From the NCBI GenBank assembly GCA_038063415.1, contig JBBTVD010000006.1:221882-285881 (forward strand): DNA of 64,000 nucleotides, read 5' to 3'. The stretch comes from Patescibacteria group bacterium (GTDB lineage: Bacteria; Patescibacteriota; Microgenomatia; Levybacterales; UBA12049). The notes below the pieces were generated by a model. It made no database searches. It saw only the letters and a program-made list of their open reading frames with translations, and was not told the DNA's origin. Positions 1-8,323 of the stretch are shown here, one piece after another; position 1 is the first letter of the stretch; each line of letters opens with the position of its first letter. A program made the position numbers and the translations under genes.

Positions 1-2132
1 TTGTAGGCAAATTCCTGCAGCGGGAACTCTTTCTGCACACTACCATCTGCCACATCAAAAATAACGGTGAAATATTCAAGATCGCCACTGGACGTGGGGT
101 CAGCAATCACTTCTCGAGGATTAACGGTGAGGTAGCCACCATTGCCATTAGAAATATTTGGATAGGCATAGCTTGCGGCAATTGAACCGTCAGTATTCAT
201 GACCACAATCCGACCACTTTGCTCCCCAGCATAGGTGTCAGGATAGTATTGGCTGACAACAAACTTTTGAGAGAGTGGCAGAAGATCCATCTCGGCAAAA
301 CCCCGGCAGTTGCCTACTTGCTGTCCAAAAATATTTGCGCTTTGTGGACAGGTACTCGCTCCAAGCGCTCCTGTAGCATTTATTTGATTGGCAGATTTTG
401 AAAGTGTCGAGTTATAGCCAAGTTCTCCATTGTTTACATCCAAATAACCGAGTGTCGGATACTCCCCATTCGCCGCAATATCCCAGCCATGATAGGAAAC
501 CGCAGAGATAAAAGCGATACGAGTTTGTCCATCAACTGATACTGGCAAAAGCGTATCAACACTTGCACCACCCACCGTATAAAACGGATTGGTCACCGAT
601 TGAGCCCCTGTTGAGGTCGGGATAATGAGATTTCTGAAGGAATTTTCGACAGAATTAAAGATACCGACCGCCATATGATCAGCGGTTGCATAGGCTTGGT
701 TATCTGTTTGCGGATTAGTTCCAAGCACTATTTCACCATTTGGAGCAAGCGCGGAGAAAAATTCAGACTGTCCTGAAGTGAATCCCCACCCATCGACACC
801 TACTGTTTGTACCCCCTGCCCTGAAGGTAATGTCGTACCCAAATTACCAAATGTCCCTGCTTTTCCATATAAGGTTGCGACAGATGCTGCTGGGGTTGGA
901 GAAATGCTAGGGATTGCTGTTGGAGCAGTCGTCGGAGTAGCAGTTGGTAATGGGGGTGCTGTCGGAGTTGGCGTCGCCGTGACTGTATAGACTTCAGCTT
1001 TGTCTACCACAAAAACATATCCTGTTGACGCGGAATTCTTGCTAGAAGTAATAGTCATGGTCAGTGTATGATCCCCAGCAGAAAGAACAGGAGAGGTATA
1101 GATGAGTCCTTGTGTTTTTGTAGCCGCATAGGTATCAACGTTTACCGGAGTACCGTTATCGATTTTAAATGAGATTATTCCTCCCGGCTTCTCTTTGACA
1201 CCATAGAACTTTACTTGTGAGCCGTTAAAGCGAAATGTGACAGAGTTGCCTTGCGTATAGGAATATTGGGTTGTATTATTACCGCCAGTAACACATCCTC
1301 CACAGTTTACCCACGTACCAGTATATTGAAATTGATTATTGCCAGTACCTTTTACTGTATCCTCAACAGTAGTGCTTAATTGCACAACTGCATTTTGCTC
1401 AGGAACTGTTGTGGGGGTTGCTGTTGGAATAACGGTTGGCGTTGGAGTCATAGTAGCAGTTGGTGCGACCGTTGGAATTGCCGTGGGTGCTGCAGTTGGT
1501 GTTGGGGTTGCTGTCGGTGTGGCCGTTGGTTGTGGAGTTACGGTAGGTACAGGGACAACGGTTGGAGCCACTGTTGGGGTTGGCTCACCTACGGTTTCCA
1601 GAACTTCTACTTTATCAAGAGAAAAAACATTTCCTGTTGAGGCGACATTTTTCTGATTAGTATTGGTTATCGTAATCGTATGGTTTCCCGATGAAAGTGT
1701 CGGACTAGTATAGACAAGGGCTGCTACTTTAGTCGCAGCATACGTATCAACTGAAACCGCGGTTCCACCATCAATACTTACTGACACAATACCACCTAGA
1801 TTTTCTTTTACTGCATATACTTTAGCTTGATTACCGGTAAACCGAAGTACGACTTTGTTCCCAGAAGTATAGTTGTAATGGAAACTAGCATTAGACGTCG
1901 CAGGTTGACAGCCACCACATCTTACCCATGTTCCGACATATTCAAACTGATTTGTCCCTGTGCCTTTTGTCGTATCCTCAACAGTAGTTGTCGTCGTCGC
2001 AGCAAGAACAAAAGTTTTTTGAAGAGGTCTTACTACTTGCAGTAATACTAAAAAGGCAAAAAATACTATTGCGCTTGGAAGAAGAAGCGACCTGGGGGTT
2101 TTGGTTAATTTCTTCAATGATGTAAGCTTCAT
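1..2132 (-). CDS. Large secreted/cell-surface repeat protein; its C-terminus continues past the window start. It has an N-terminal signal/TM segment, two tandem ~130-aa beta-sandwich (CBM-like) repeats separated by Pro/Thr-rich linkers, then a Gly/Ser/Thr/Asn-rich C-terminal domain.
   Basis: I hand-translated the minus strand from the ATG at 2132 (an in-frame TAG lies 12 nt upstream) and found no stop down to position 1. Reading 5'->3', the protein starts MKLTSLKKLTKTPRSLLLPSAIVFFAFLVLL. It then has repeat 1 (TTVEDTTKGTGTNQFEYVGTWVRCGGC...GNHTITITNTNQKNVASTGNVFSLDKVEV), a PTPT linker, repeat 2 (TTVEDTVKGTGNNQFQYTGTWVNCGGC...GDHTLTMTITSSKNSASTGYVFVVDKAEV), another PT linker and a third domain. 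The ORF track omits it because it runs off the edge. The plus-strand GVAVG ORFs are the antisense of the PT linkers. Confidence 0.6.
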   Translation of the reverse strand, partial: MKLTSLKKLTKTPRSLLLPSAIVFFAFLVLLQVVRPLQKTFVLAATTTTTVEDTTKGTGTNQFEYVGTWVRCGGCQPATSNASFHYNYTSGNKVVLRFTGNQAKVYAVKENLGGIVSVSIDGGTAVSVDTYAATKVAALVYTSPTLSSGNHTITITNTNQKNVASTGNVFSLDKVEVLETVGEPTPTVAPTVVPVPTVTPQPTATPTATPTPTAAPTAIPTVAPTATMTPTPTVIPTATPTTVPEQNAVVQLSTTVEDTVKGTGNNQFQYTGTWVNCGGCVTGGNNTTQYSYTQGNSVTFRFNGSQVKFYGVKEKPGGIISFKIDNGTPVNVDTYAATKTQGLIYTSPVLSAGDHTLTMTITSSKNSASTGYVFVVDKAEVYTVTATPTPTAPPLPTATPTTAPTAIPSISPTPAASVATLYGKAGTFGNLGTTLPSGQGVQTVGVDGWGFTSGQSEFFSALAPNGEIVLGTNPQTDNQAYATADHMAVGIFNSVENSFRNLIIPTSTGAQSVTNPFYTVGGASVDTLLPVSVDGQTRIAFISAVSYHGWDIAANGEYPTLGYLDVNNGELGYNSTLSKSANQINATGALGASTCPQSANIFGQQVGNCRGFAEMDLLPLSQKFVVSQYYPDTYAGEQSGRIVVMNTDGSIAASYAYPNISNGNGGYLTVNPREVIADPTSSGDLEYFTVIFDVADGSVQKEFPLQEFAY

Positions 2133-2316
2133 AAAAATTATCTACAGTCTGTAGAACTCGTGCCCGAAAGATACCATCATTTGACACGTTTGTCAATCAT
2201 TAAATTATTACTATTGGATTAAATTGATGGGATGAAATAGTTTTAGAGCAAGAAAAGTTATAAAAGAGGTTGAATTTATAACACAACTAACAGTAGTGAT
2301 TTCGCGACAAGTAAAC

Positions 2317-3594
2317 TTAGCTAATACTATGTTCGGGGTATACAGCGCGGAATTCTCGAATTGCTGTTACTTTTACTTCTCCAGGGACGGCAAGAGAACG
2401 ACTTACTTCTTCTTGAATCTTTCGTGCAAGGACTACTGTCTGATTATCATCAAGGCTCCCAGGTTTGATAATCACACGAAGTTCTCTCCCTGCTTCAAAG
2501 GCATACGCATCGTCAACTCCCTCATAATTCTTGGCGATTTTCTCCATCTCTTGCAGCCGAACACCATATTTTTCAAGATCCTCATACCTGGCGCCAGGAC
2601 GTGCTGCAGAAATCGCATCAGCGATGTGGACAATAATTGACTCAACAGAAGAAAACGGCTTATCTTCATGATGTTCTCCAACTGCATTAATGATAGGATC
2701 TGGGAAATTGTATCGCTTCAGGAGATCAACACCGAGCTTAACATGACTGCCATCTCCTTCTAGAATCTTTCCAATATCATGGAAAAGGCAACCCAAGCGA
2801 ACAACATCCACATTGGCACCAATTTCTTGTGCAATATGAATACCTATCTTTGTTTCTTCAAGGGTGTGTACCAGCAAATTCTGACCATAAGAGGTGCGGA
2901 ATTTCATCCGTCCAAGTAGCGGATAGAGGTCTGCTGGGAGATTGTAGACACTGACTTCGGCCGCTAGCTTTTCTCCCTCTTCGGCCATGATTTTCTCCAT
3001 TTCTTTTTTGGTTTGCGCAACAACTTCTTCAATACGGAATGGTTGGATGCGGCTGTCTTTCAGGAGAACCTCAAGTGCACGTCTTGCAATTTCACGTCGA
3101 ACCTGATCAAAAGAAGAGAGACGGATAATTCCCTCTTCATCAAGGTCAACATCAACGCCAGTTGCTTGTTCAAATGCTCGAATATTGCGACCTTCTCTTC
3201 CAATGATCCGACCCTTTACTTCTTCATCTGCGACCTTAATTACTGAGACGGTATATTCTGGAATAAACTTAAGGGCACCGTGTTTGATACTATCAAGAAT
3301 AATTTCTTGTGCACGTTTGTCAGCGGTACTTTTGGCGGTTTCTTCTTGCTGTTTGATAATCTTGGCAAGCATCGCAGCGGCATCTTTTTCTGCCTCTTCA
3401 AGAAGTATTTTACGAGCTTCGTCAACGGTAAGACTTGATACATTTTCTAATTTTGCAGTATATTCTCGACGTTTTTTATCAAGCTGCTCTTTTTCTTTTT
3501 CTATTTCCTCTTGTTTTGCCTCGAGCTTTTCCTGGCGTTCAAGAAGCTTTTTTTCAAGGATAATTAAATCTTGTGATGATGTTTGGTTTGACAT
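2317..3594 (-). CDS. rny: Ribonuclease Y (KH + HD domains), with no N-terminal transmembrane anchor
   Basis: N-terminal coiled-coil region, a KH domain (GREGRNIRAFEQATGVDVDLDEEGIIRLSSFD) and an HD domain (GVDLLKRYNFPDPIINAVGEHHED...). 425 aa. Confidence 0.9.
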   Translation of the reverse strand: MSNQTSSQDLIILEKKLLERQEKLEAKQEEIEKEKEQLDKKRREYTAKLENVSSLTVDEARKILLEEAEKDAAAMLAKIIKQQEETAKSTADKRAQEIILDSIKHGALKFIPEYTVSVIKVADEEVKGRIIGREGRNIRAFEQATGVDVDLDEEGIIRLSSFDQVRREIARRALEVLLKDSRIQPFRIEEVVAQTKKEMEKIMAEEGEKLAAEVSVYNLPADLYPLLGRMKFRTSYGQNLLVHTLEETKIGIHIAQEIGANVDVVRLGCLFHDIGKILEGDGSHVKLGVDLLKRYNFPDPIINAVGEHHEDKPFSSVESIIVHIADAISAARPGARYEDLEKYGVRLQEMEKIAKNYEGVDDAYAFEAGRELRVIIKPGSLDDNQTVVLARKIQEEVSRSLAVPGEVKVTAIREFRAVYPEHSIS

Positions 3595-3617
3595 ACTACT
3601 GTGTTTGAGGCAAAAGC

Positions 3618-3636
3618 AAGTAACAACGTGTTACTT
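3618..3636 (-). terminator. Perfect 8-bp hairpin (AAGTAACA-ACG-TGTTACTT) followed by a U-rich tract on the minus strand, between the RodZ-like gene and rny; possible weak terminator or attenuator.
   Basis: Inverted repeat seen directly at 3618-3625 / 3629-3636. The minus-strand downstream sequence is GCUUUUGCC. The stem is AU-rich. Confidence 0.3.
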
Positions 3637-3726
3637 AGCAGTGTGCTATGAAGGTGTTTACTTTTTGCTTCATAATGCTTTCGCTGTGCTTATTATACTC
3701 TAAGTATTCCTTATTATGCAACTAGA

Positions 3727-4377
3727 CTATTCCACTACGTTTATTTCTCGACGCTCGACGGTTTCCTTACCCATTCTATTTTTGGCCTTAATGGTAATAA
3801 TCGATTTACCAGGAAACACAATCATCGTTTTGGAAAAAGTCCCATCAGAAGTAATAGCCACCGATTGATTATTAATTGATACGGTAGCATTGGGATCAGA
3901 TTTGCCAGAGACAGTGATCGTTGTTGCATCTAATTGTTCCTCTTTTGGGGTATCTATGGTGAGCGATGGTGGTAGTACAAGATATCGGTACTGAAATGCA
4001 AGGTATGCTGCAATTGCCACAAGTATAAGGATAACTACCATGAGTGACTGTTGCATACGTATTTTTGGTGAACTAAATGTTTTTGGTTTAGCTAAACTAT
4101 CGGGTAATACCCTGTAGGCTTTGCGGCCATCATATTCTCGTCTAAATAATGCAAGTGACTCTGTCGTGGGCAAACCTAGATATGCTGCGTAGTTTTTAAC
4201 AAACCCTTGTGCATAAGCAGGAGAAGGCAACTTTGCATATTCCCCTTTTTCTATGGCAGATAAGAATTGAGATTTTATTTTTGTTGCACGAGCTACTTCT
4301 TCAAGGGTTAACTCTTTTTGTAATCTTGCTTCATGTAGTCGTTGACCAAGCCGTACCATAATACTTTTGCGTACCAC
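3727..4377 (-). CDS. RodZ-like membrane protein with an N-terminal XRE-type HTH
   Basis: HTH segment LGQRLHEARLQKELTLEEVARATKIKSQFLSAIEKGEY, a single TM helix (MVVILILVAIAAYLAF) and a C-terminal extracytoplasmic domain. This is the RodZ architecture. Confidence 0.65.
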   Translation of the reverse strand: MVRKSIMVRLGQRLHEARLQKELTLEEVARATKIKSQFLSAIEKGEYAKLPSPAYAQGFVKNYAAYLGLPTTESLALFRREYDGRKAYRVLPDSLAKPKTFSSPKIRMQQSLMVVILILVAIAAYLAFQYRYLVLPPSLTIDTPKEEQLDATTITVSGKSDPNATVSINNQSVAITSDGTFSKTMIVFPGKSIITIKAKNRMGKETVERREINVVE

Positions 4378-4379
4378 GC

Positions 4380-6575
4380 TTATTGTTCTTGATTCTGAGA
4401 TGCAAGGAATTCTTCAGCATTTCTGACCAGTACTTCTCGTGGCTTTGCCCCATCCGCAGGACTGACAATCCCCATTTCTTCCAATTGATCAAGCATTCGA
4501 GCAGCTCTTGCGTAACCAACAGACATTTTGCGCTGGAGGAATGAAGCAGAAGCTGTATTAAATTGGCAAACGAGACGAATTGCTTCCTCGAGTTGCCCAT
4601 CTTTGCCATCTGCTCCAGTAGATGATGAACCTGCCCCTGCACCTTTTTTCAACGGAAGTGGTTGGTTTATCACTTCCTCCGTGTACTCCACAGGATAACT
4701 CCTCGACTTTAAGAAGTCAACCAGCTTATGCACTTCTTTCTCTGAGACAAAACTACCTTGGATACGGGTCGGTTTGGCTTGGTCTGGAGGAATATAGAGC
4801 ATATCTCCCCGACCGAGTAATTTCTCAGCTCCAGCAGAATCAATAATAACCCTGGAATCAATCATTGAAGATACGTTAAAGGCAATACGACAAGGGATGT
4901 TTGCCTTAATAAGCCCAGTAATAACATTAACGGATGGACGCTGGGTTGCGATTACCAAATGAATACCCGTTGCACGAGCCATTTGTGCAAGTCGGGCAAT
5001 CGCGTCTTCAACCTCAACTGGAGCAAACATCATGAGGTCTGCCAACTCATCAATAAAGATAACAATATAAGGCAATGCCTGAAAGCCAGATAATTCGTTG
5101 TATGAATCAATATTGCGGACTCCTCGTTCGGCAAAAATCTTGTAACGTTTGTCCATCTCATGCATCGCCCACTTGAGTGCTGACAATATCTTATCAGGCT
5201 CAACAATAACTGGTGTAAGGAGATGTGGAATACCATTATACGCTGAGAATTCGACACGCTTTGGATCAATAAGAATGAGGCGCACTTCCTGCGGAGATGC
5301 ACGGAAAAGTAAGGTGGCAATAAAGGAATTAATCAGCACTGATTTACCAGAACCTGTCGTACCAGCAACGAGAGAATGGGGTGTTTTTGCAATATCAATT
5401 GCCACGGGTGAGCCTGAAACATCCAGTCCCAAGGAGACAGTGAGTTTTGATTTGGCTTTTTGCATAACGGGAGAAGCAAGCATCGTACGGAGAGAAACCA
5501 GCTCAAGTGATCGGTTAGGAATTTCGATACCAATAAGATTACGTCCAGGGATAGGAGCTTCAATTCTGATTTGTCCGGTAGGAGCTTCGGTCGCGAGTGC
5601 CAAATCATTGGCAAGTGAGGTGATCTTTGAGACTTTGGTACCAAGAGCAATCTCAAGTGCATACTGAGTAACCGCTGGACCCAGATTTACTTCAGCAACT
5701 CGTGCTTCAATACCAAAACTCTGAAGCGTTTTCTCGATAATATTTGCTATCTTTTTGATGTCCCCCCGCTCTGCTTTTTTATTCATTGAATCTTCAAGTA
5801 TGGATAACGAAGGGTATTCCCACACACCTGTTCCTGAAGTTCCAGCGAGCATATTGGTAACGAGCTTCTCGGGAAGAAGCTCTGTCCCTTTCTTTTCTTT
5901 TTCTTCAGACTGTGACTGTTGCTGGACTGCCTTTGCGGGAGTAATAGCTTTTCTATCATCTTCCTTCTGTCCTCCCTTGATCTGAATTGGTTTATTTCGA
6001 TTAAATGCTGGCTTCTCACGTTTGAAAGAAGCAAAAAGTTGCCTCGGGATAAGTTTGTTGAGCGCTTTTCCAATAGCCATGAGGCCATGGAGTACTTCAT
6101 CAAGTGAGGTATCAAAAAGGACAATCAGGCCAACAGCAAGCCCTCCCAAAAGAATGATATCTGCTCCTGCAGTGGTCAGTATTTCTTCAAGGACTCCAAA
6201 CATTCTATCGCCAACGCTTCCCGATCGGGTGATACCAACGAGTGAAATGAAAAAAAGGAGATATCCCATACTTACGTTGAGACGAGAGAGGTACATTTTC
6301 ATATGGAGAAAGAGAAAACCAAAGAGGATAAAAATAAATGGGAAAAAGATCGTCACTCCACCAAATCGCTCGACAAGCAGACTATTTAGGTTTACTGATG
6401 AAGGACCTTGATTAACAAACGAAAGCAGACACAAGATACCGGCAATAAAAAAAGCTATCCCAAAAAGAGAATAGATAGTTTTTTTCTTGAGTTTGAGTTT
6501 AAATGGCTTTTTGCGACCACCACCACGACGAGCAGGCATAAAATCTATTATATACCTTTCGCCCCTAGACCTCAA
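4380..6575 (-). CDS. ftsK: DNA translocase FtsK/SpoIIIE
   Basis: N-terminal TM helices, Walker A GTTGSGKSV, the FtsK motor domain and a C-terminal gamma domain (ASFLQRKMSVGYARAARMLDQLEEMGIV). Confidence 0.9.
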   Translation of the reverse strand: MRSRGERYIIDFMPARRGGGRKKPFKLKLKKKTIYSLFGIAFFIAGILCLLSFVNQGPSSVNLNSLLVERFGGVTIFFPFIFILFGFLFLHMKMYLSRLNVSMGYLLFFISLVGITRSGSVGDRMFGVLEEILTTAGADIILLGGLAVGLIVLFDTSLDEVLHGLMAIGKALNKLIPRQLFASFKREKPAFNRNKPIQIKGGQKEDDRKAITPAKAVQQQSQSEEKEKKGTELLPEKLVTNMLAGTSGTGVWEYPSLSILEDSMNKKAERGDIKKIANIIEKTLQSFGIEARVAEVNLGPAVTQYALEIALGTKVSKITSLANDLALATEAPTGQIRIEAPIPGRNLIGIEIPNRSLELVSLRTMLASPVMQKAKSKLTVSLGLDVSGSPVAIDIAKTPHSLVAGTTGSGKSVLINSFIATLLFRASPQEVRLILIDPKRVEFSAYNGIPHLLTPVIVEPDKILSALKWAMHEMDKRYKIFAERGVRNIDSYNELSGFQALPYIVIFIDELADLMMFAPVEVEDAIARLAQMARATGIHLVIATQRPSVNVITGLIKANIPCRIAFNVSSMIDSRVIIDSAGAEKLLGRGDMLYIPPDQAKPTRIQGSFVSEKEVHKLVDFLKSRSYPVEYTEEVINQPLPLKKGAGAGSSSTGADGKDGQLEEAIRLVCQFNTASASFLQRKMSVGYARAARMLDQLEEMGIVSPADGAKPREVLVRNAEEFLASQNQEQ

Positions 6576-8274
6576 TCACTACAGGGAGCAGCAGTGGACG
6601 AGTGCGGAATTTCCTAGCGAGGTGTTTTCCGGCAGTTTCGGCAATAAGTCGTCTGATATGCGTCCAGTTGGTAACTTGTTCTTTCTTTCGTGACAATACC
6701 TGTTCTAATTCTTGTACAAGCGCACCAGAGAATCCTTGGACGTCGCCAAGCGATGAACCACGTAGAATGATTTCAGGCTTTGCCGCGAGTTGCCCGTCTT
6801 CAGTCTTAATCTCAGCAAGGATAACCACAATCCCCTCTCGGGAGAGACGCTCACGGTCTCGAACGACGAAGTGCTCTACTGCTTCCCCCGAAACTTCATC
6901 AACGTAAATATTGCGTACCGTTACTCGCTTCCCAGGGCGCATAGAGGTTGGTGTAAAGATCATTTCTTGCCCGTTTTCGACAAGCGCAATCTCGTTTGGC
7001 TTGTAGCCCATTTGTCCTGAGAACTCACGATAGGCAACCATATCCCGGTACGTACCACTAATAGGAAGTAAAAATTTGGGCTGGGCAAGCGCAATAAGTA
7101 ACATATGATCACCTGAGGATCCGTGTCCTGATACATGGAACGTACCGGTCAACTCTGAACGAGCAATACGTGCGCCTCGCTTGACTAAGGTGTCCAGAAG
7201 CGTATTTACCGCGATTTCGTTACCAGGGATAACATCTGAAGAGAACACTACGACATCCCCCTTTTCTAGTTTTATCTCCCGATGTTCACCATTTGCAATA
7301 CGGCTGAGCGCTGAGTTTTCTTGTCCCTGACTACCAGCAACAAGGAGGACAATCTTATTGCCAGGATAATTTTTCACGGCATCAATCGAGATTTCCGTAT
7401 CACTTTTTATATGCAGATAGCCTAATTGTTGCCCAATTTCTTTGACTTTGATCACTGATCTTCCAACAAAACAGACTTTTCTTCCCATTTTTTCGGCAGC
7501 CTCAACCACTTGGTTTACCCGCGAGATGTTTGAGGAGTAAGTTGTGAGGATAAATTTACCAGGACAATCACGCATTTCGTCAGCAAAGTTTTTGCCAAGC
7601 GTTTGTTCAGAAGGAGTATGCCCACTTTTATGTGCCCCAAGACAATCAGACATGAGCGCAAGCACTCCGGCTTGGGAAGCTTCAAGGATTTTATGGAACT
7701 CAGTTCGTTTGCCATCAGCGGGTGTGAGATCAAATTTATAATCACTCCCATGAAAAAAATTCCCGACTGGCGTCTTGATAAAAATGTTTGCACTATCAGG
7801 GACTGAGTGAGTTACTCTGATAAAAGAAATCGTAAAATCACCAAGCCGAATCTCTTTATCACCAAAGTTAACAATATTTATGGCCCTGGGTAGCTGGAAT
7901 TCAGCAAGTTTTTCATTGGCTAGCGCAGTTGTTAAGGGCGAGGCATAGAGAGGAAAAGGAATCTTTTTATCAGCAGTCAGCAGCTGTGGAAGGATAAATG
8001 GCAATCCTCCGATATGATCTTCATGACCATGTGTAAAGAGCATACCGACAATTTTCTTCCCTGCTTTGAGACGTTCTTGTAGTGGTGAGATATCAGGAAG
8101 CAACAGATCAACCCCAAGCATCGTTTCATCAGGGAACCCAAGACCACAATCAACAATCAAGATCTGATTGTTGTACTCATAGAGATACATATTACGGGTT
8201 ACTTCTTCTTCTCCACCGAGGGAGAGAAAAGAAACGGAGCCTTGAGGAAAATTTACTTGTTTCACTTCATTCAT
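6565..8274 (-). CDS. rnj: Ribonuclease J (metallo-beta-lactamase / beta-CASP / RMMBL)
   Basis: Motif LFTHGHEDHIGGLPF with the beta-CASP and C-terminal domains; 569 aa. Overlaps ftsK by 11 nt. Confidence 0.9.
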   Translation of the reverse strand: MNEVKQVNFPQGSVSFLSLGGEEEVTRNMYLYEYNNQILIVDCGLGFPDETMLGVDLLLPDISPLQERLKAGKKIVGMLFTHGHEDHIGGLPFILPQLLTADKKIPFPLYASPLTTALANEKLAEFQLPRAINIVNFGDKEIRLGDFTISFIRVTHSVPDSANIFIKTPVGNFFHGSDYKFDLTPADGKRTEFHKILEASQAGVLALMSDCLGAHKSGHTPSEQTLGKNFADEMRDCPGKFILTTYSSNISRVNQVVEAAEKMGRKVCFVGRSVIKVKEIGQQLGYLHIKSDTEISIDAVKNYPGNKIVLLVAGSQGQENSALSRIANGEHREIKLEKGDVVVFSSDVIPGNEIAVNTLLDTLVKRGARIARSELTGTFHVSGHGSSGDHMLLIALAQPKFLLPISGTYRDMVAYREFSGQMGYKPNEIALVENGQEMIFTPTSMRPGKRVTVRNIYVDEVSGEAVEHFVVRDRERLSREGIVVILAEIKTEDGQLAAKPEIILRGSSLGDVQGFSGALVQELEQVLSRKKEQVTNWTHIRRLIAETAGKHLARKFRTRPLLLPVVIEV

Positions 8275-8323
8275 GTAGTACAGCTAGTATACTCGTTTGC
8301 TTTCTTTTTTTCAATTTATCACT

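Noticed and set aside
219-1656. Plus-strand ORFs 219-401, 778-990, 1339-1656 and 1380-1640 (GVAVG / GxGxxG repetitive proteins)
   Set aside because: They are antisense or out-of-frame readings of the Pro/Thr-linker and repeat regions of the large minus-strand surface-protein gene, which occupies 1-2132. ACC-CCA-ACA read backwards gives GTT-GGG-GTx, hence the GVAVG pattern.
1978-2196. Minus-strand 72-aa ORF overlapping the 5' end of the large surface-protein gene
   Set aside because: It is in a different frame from the long ORF that starts at 2132. It terminates at 1978, whereas the long frame reads through to the window edge.
5030-6411. Several 60-170-aa ORFs on both strands inside ftsK (for example 5149-5667 +, 5333-5662 -, 5783-6124 -, 6022-6411 +)
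   Set aside because: They lie entirely within the well-supported ftsK coding region, antisense or frame-shifted, and have no motifs.
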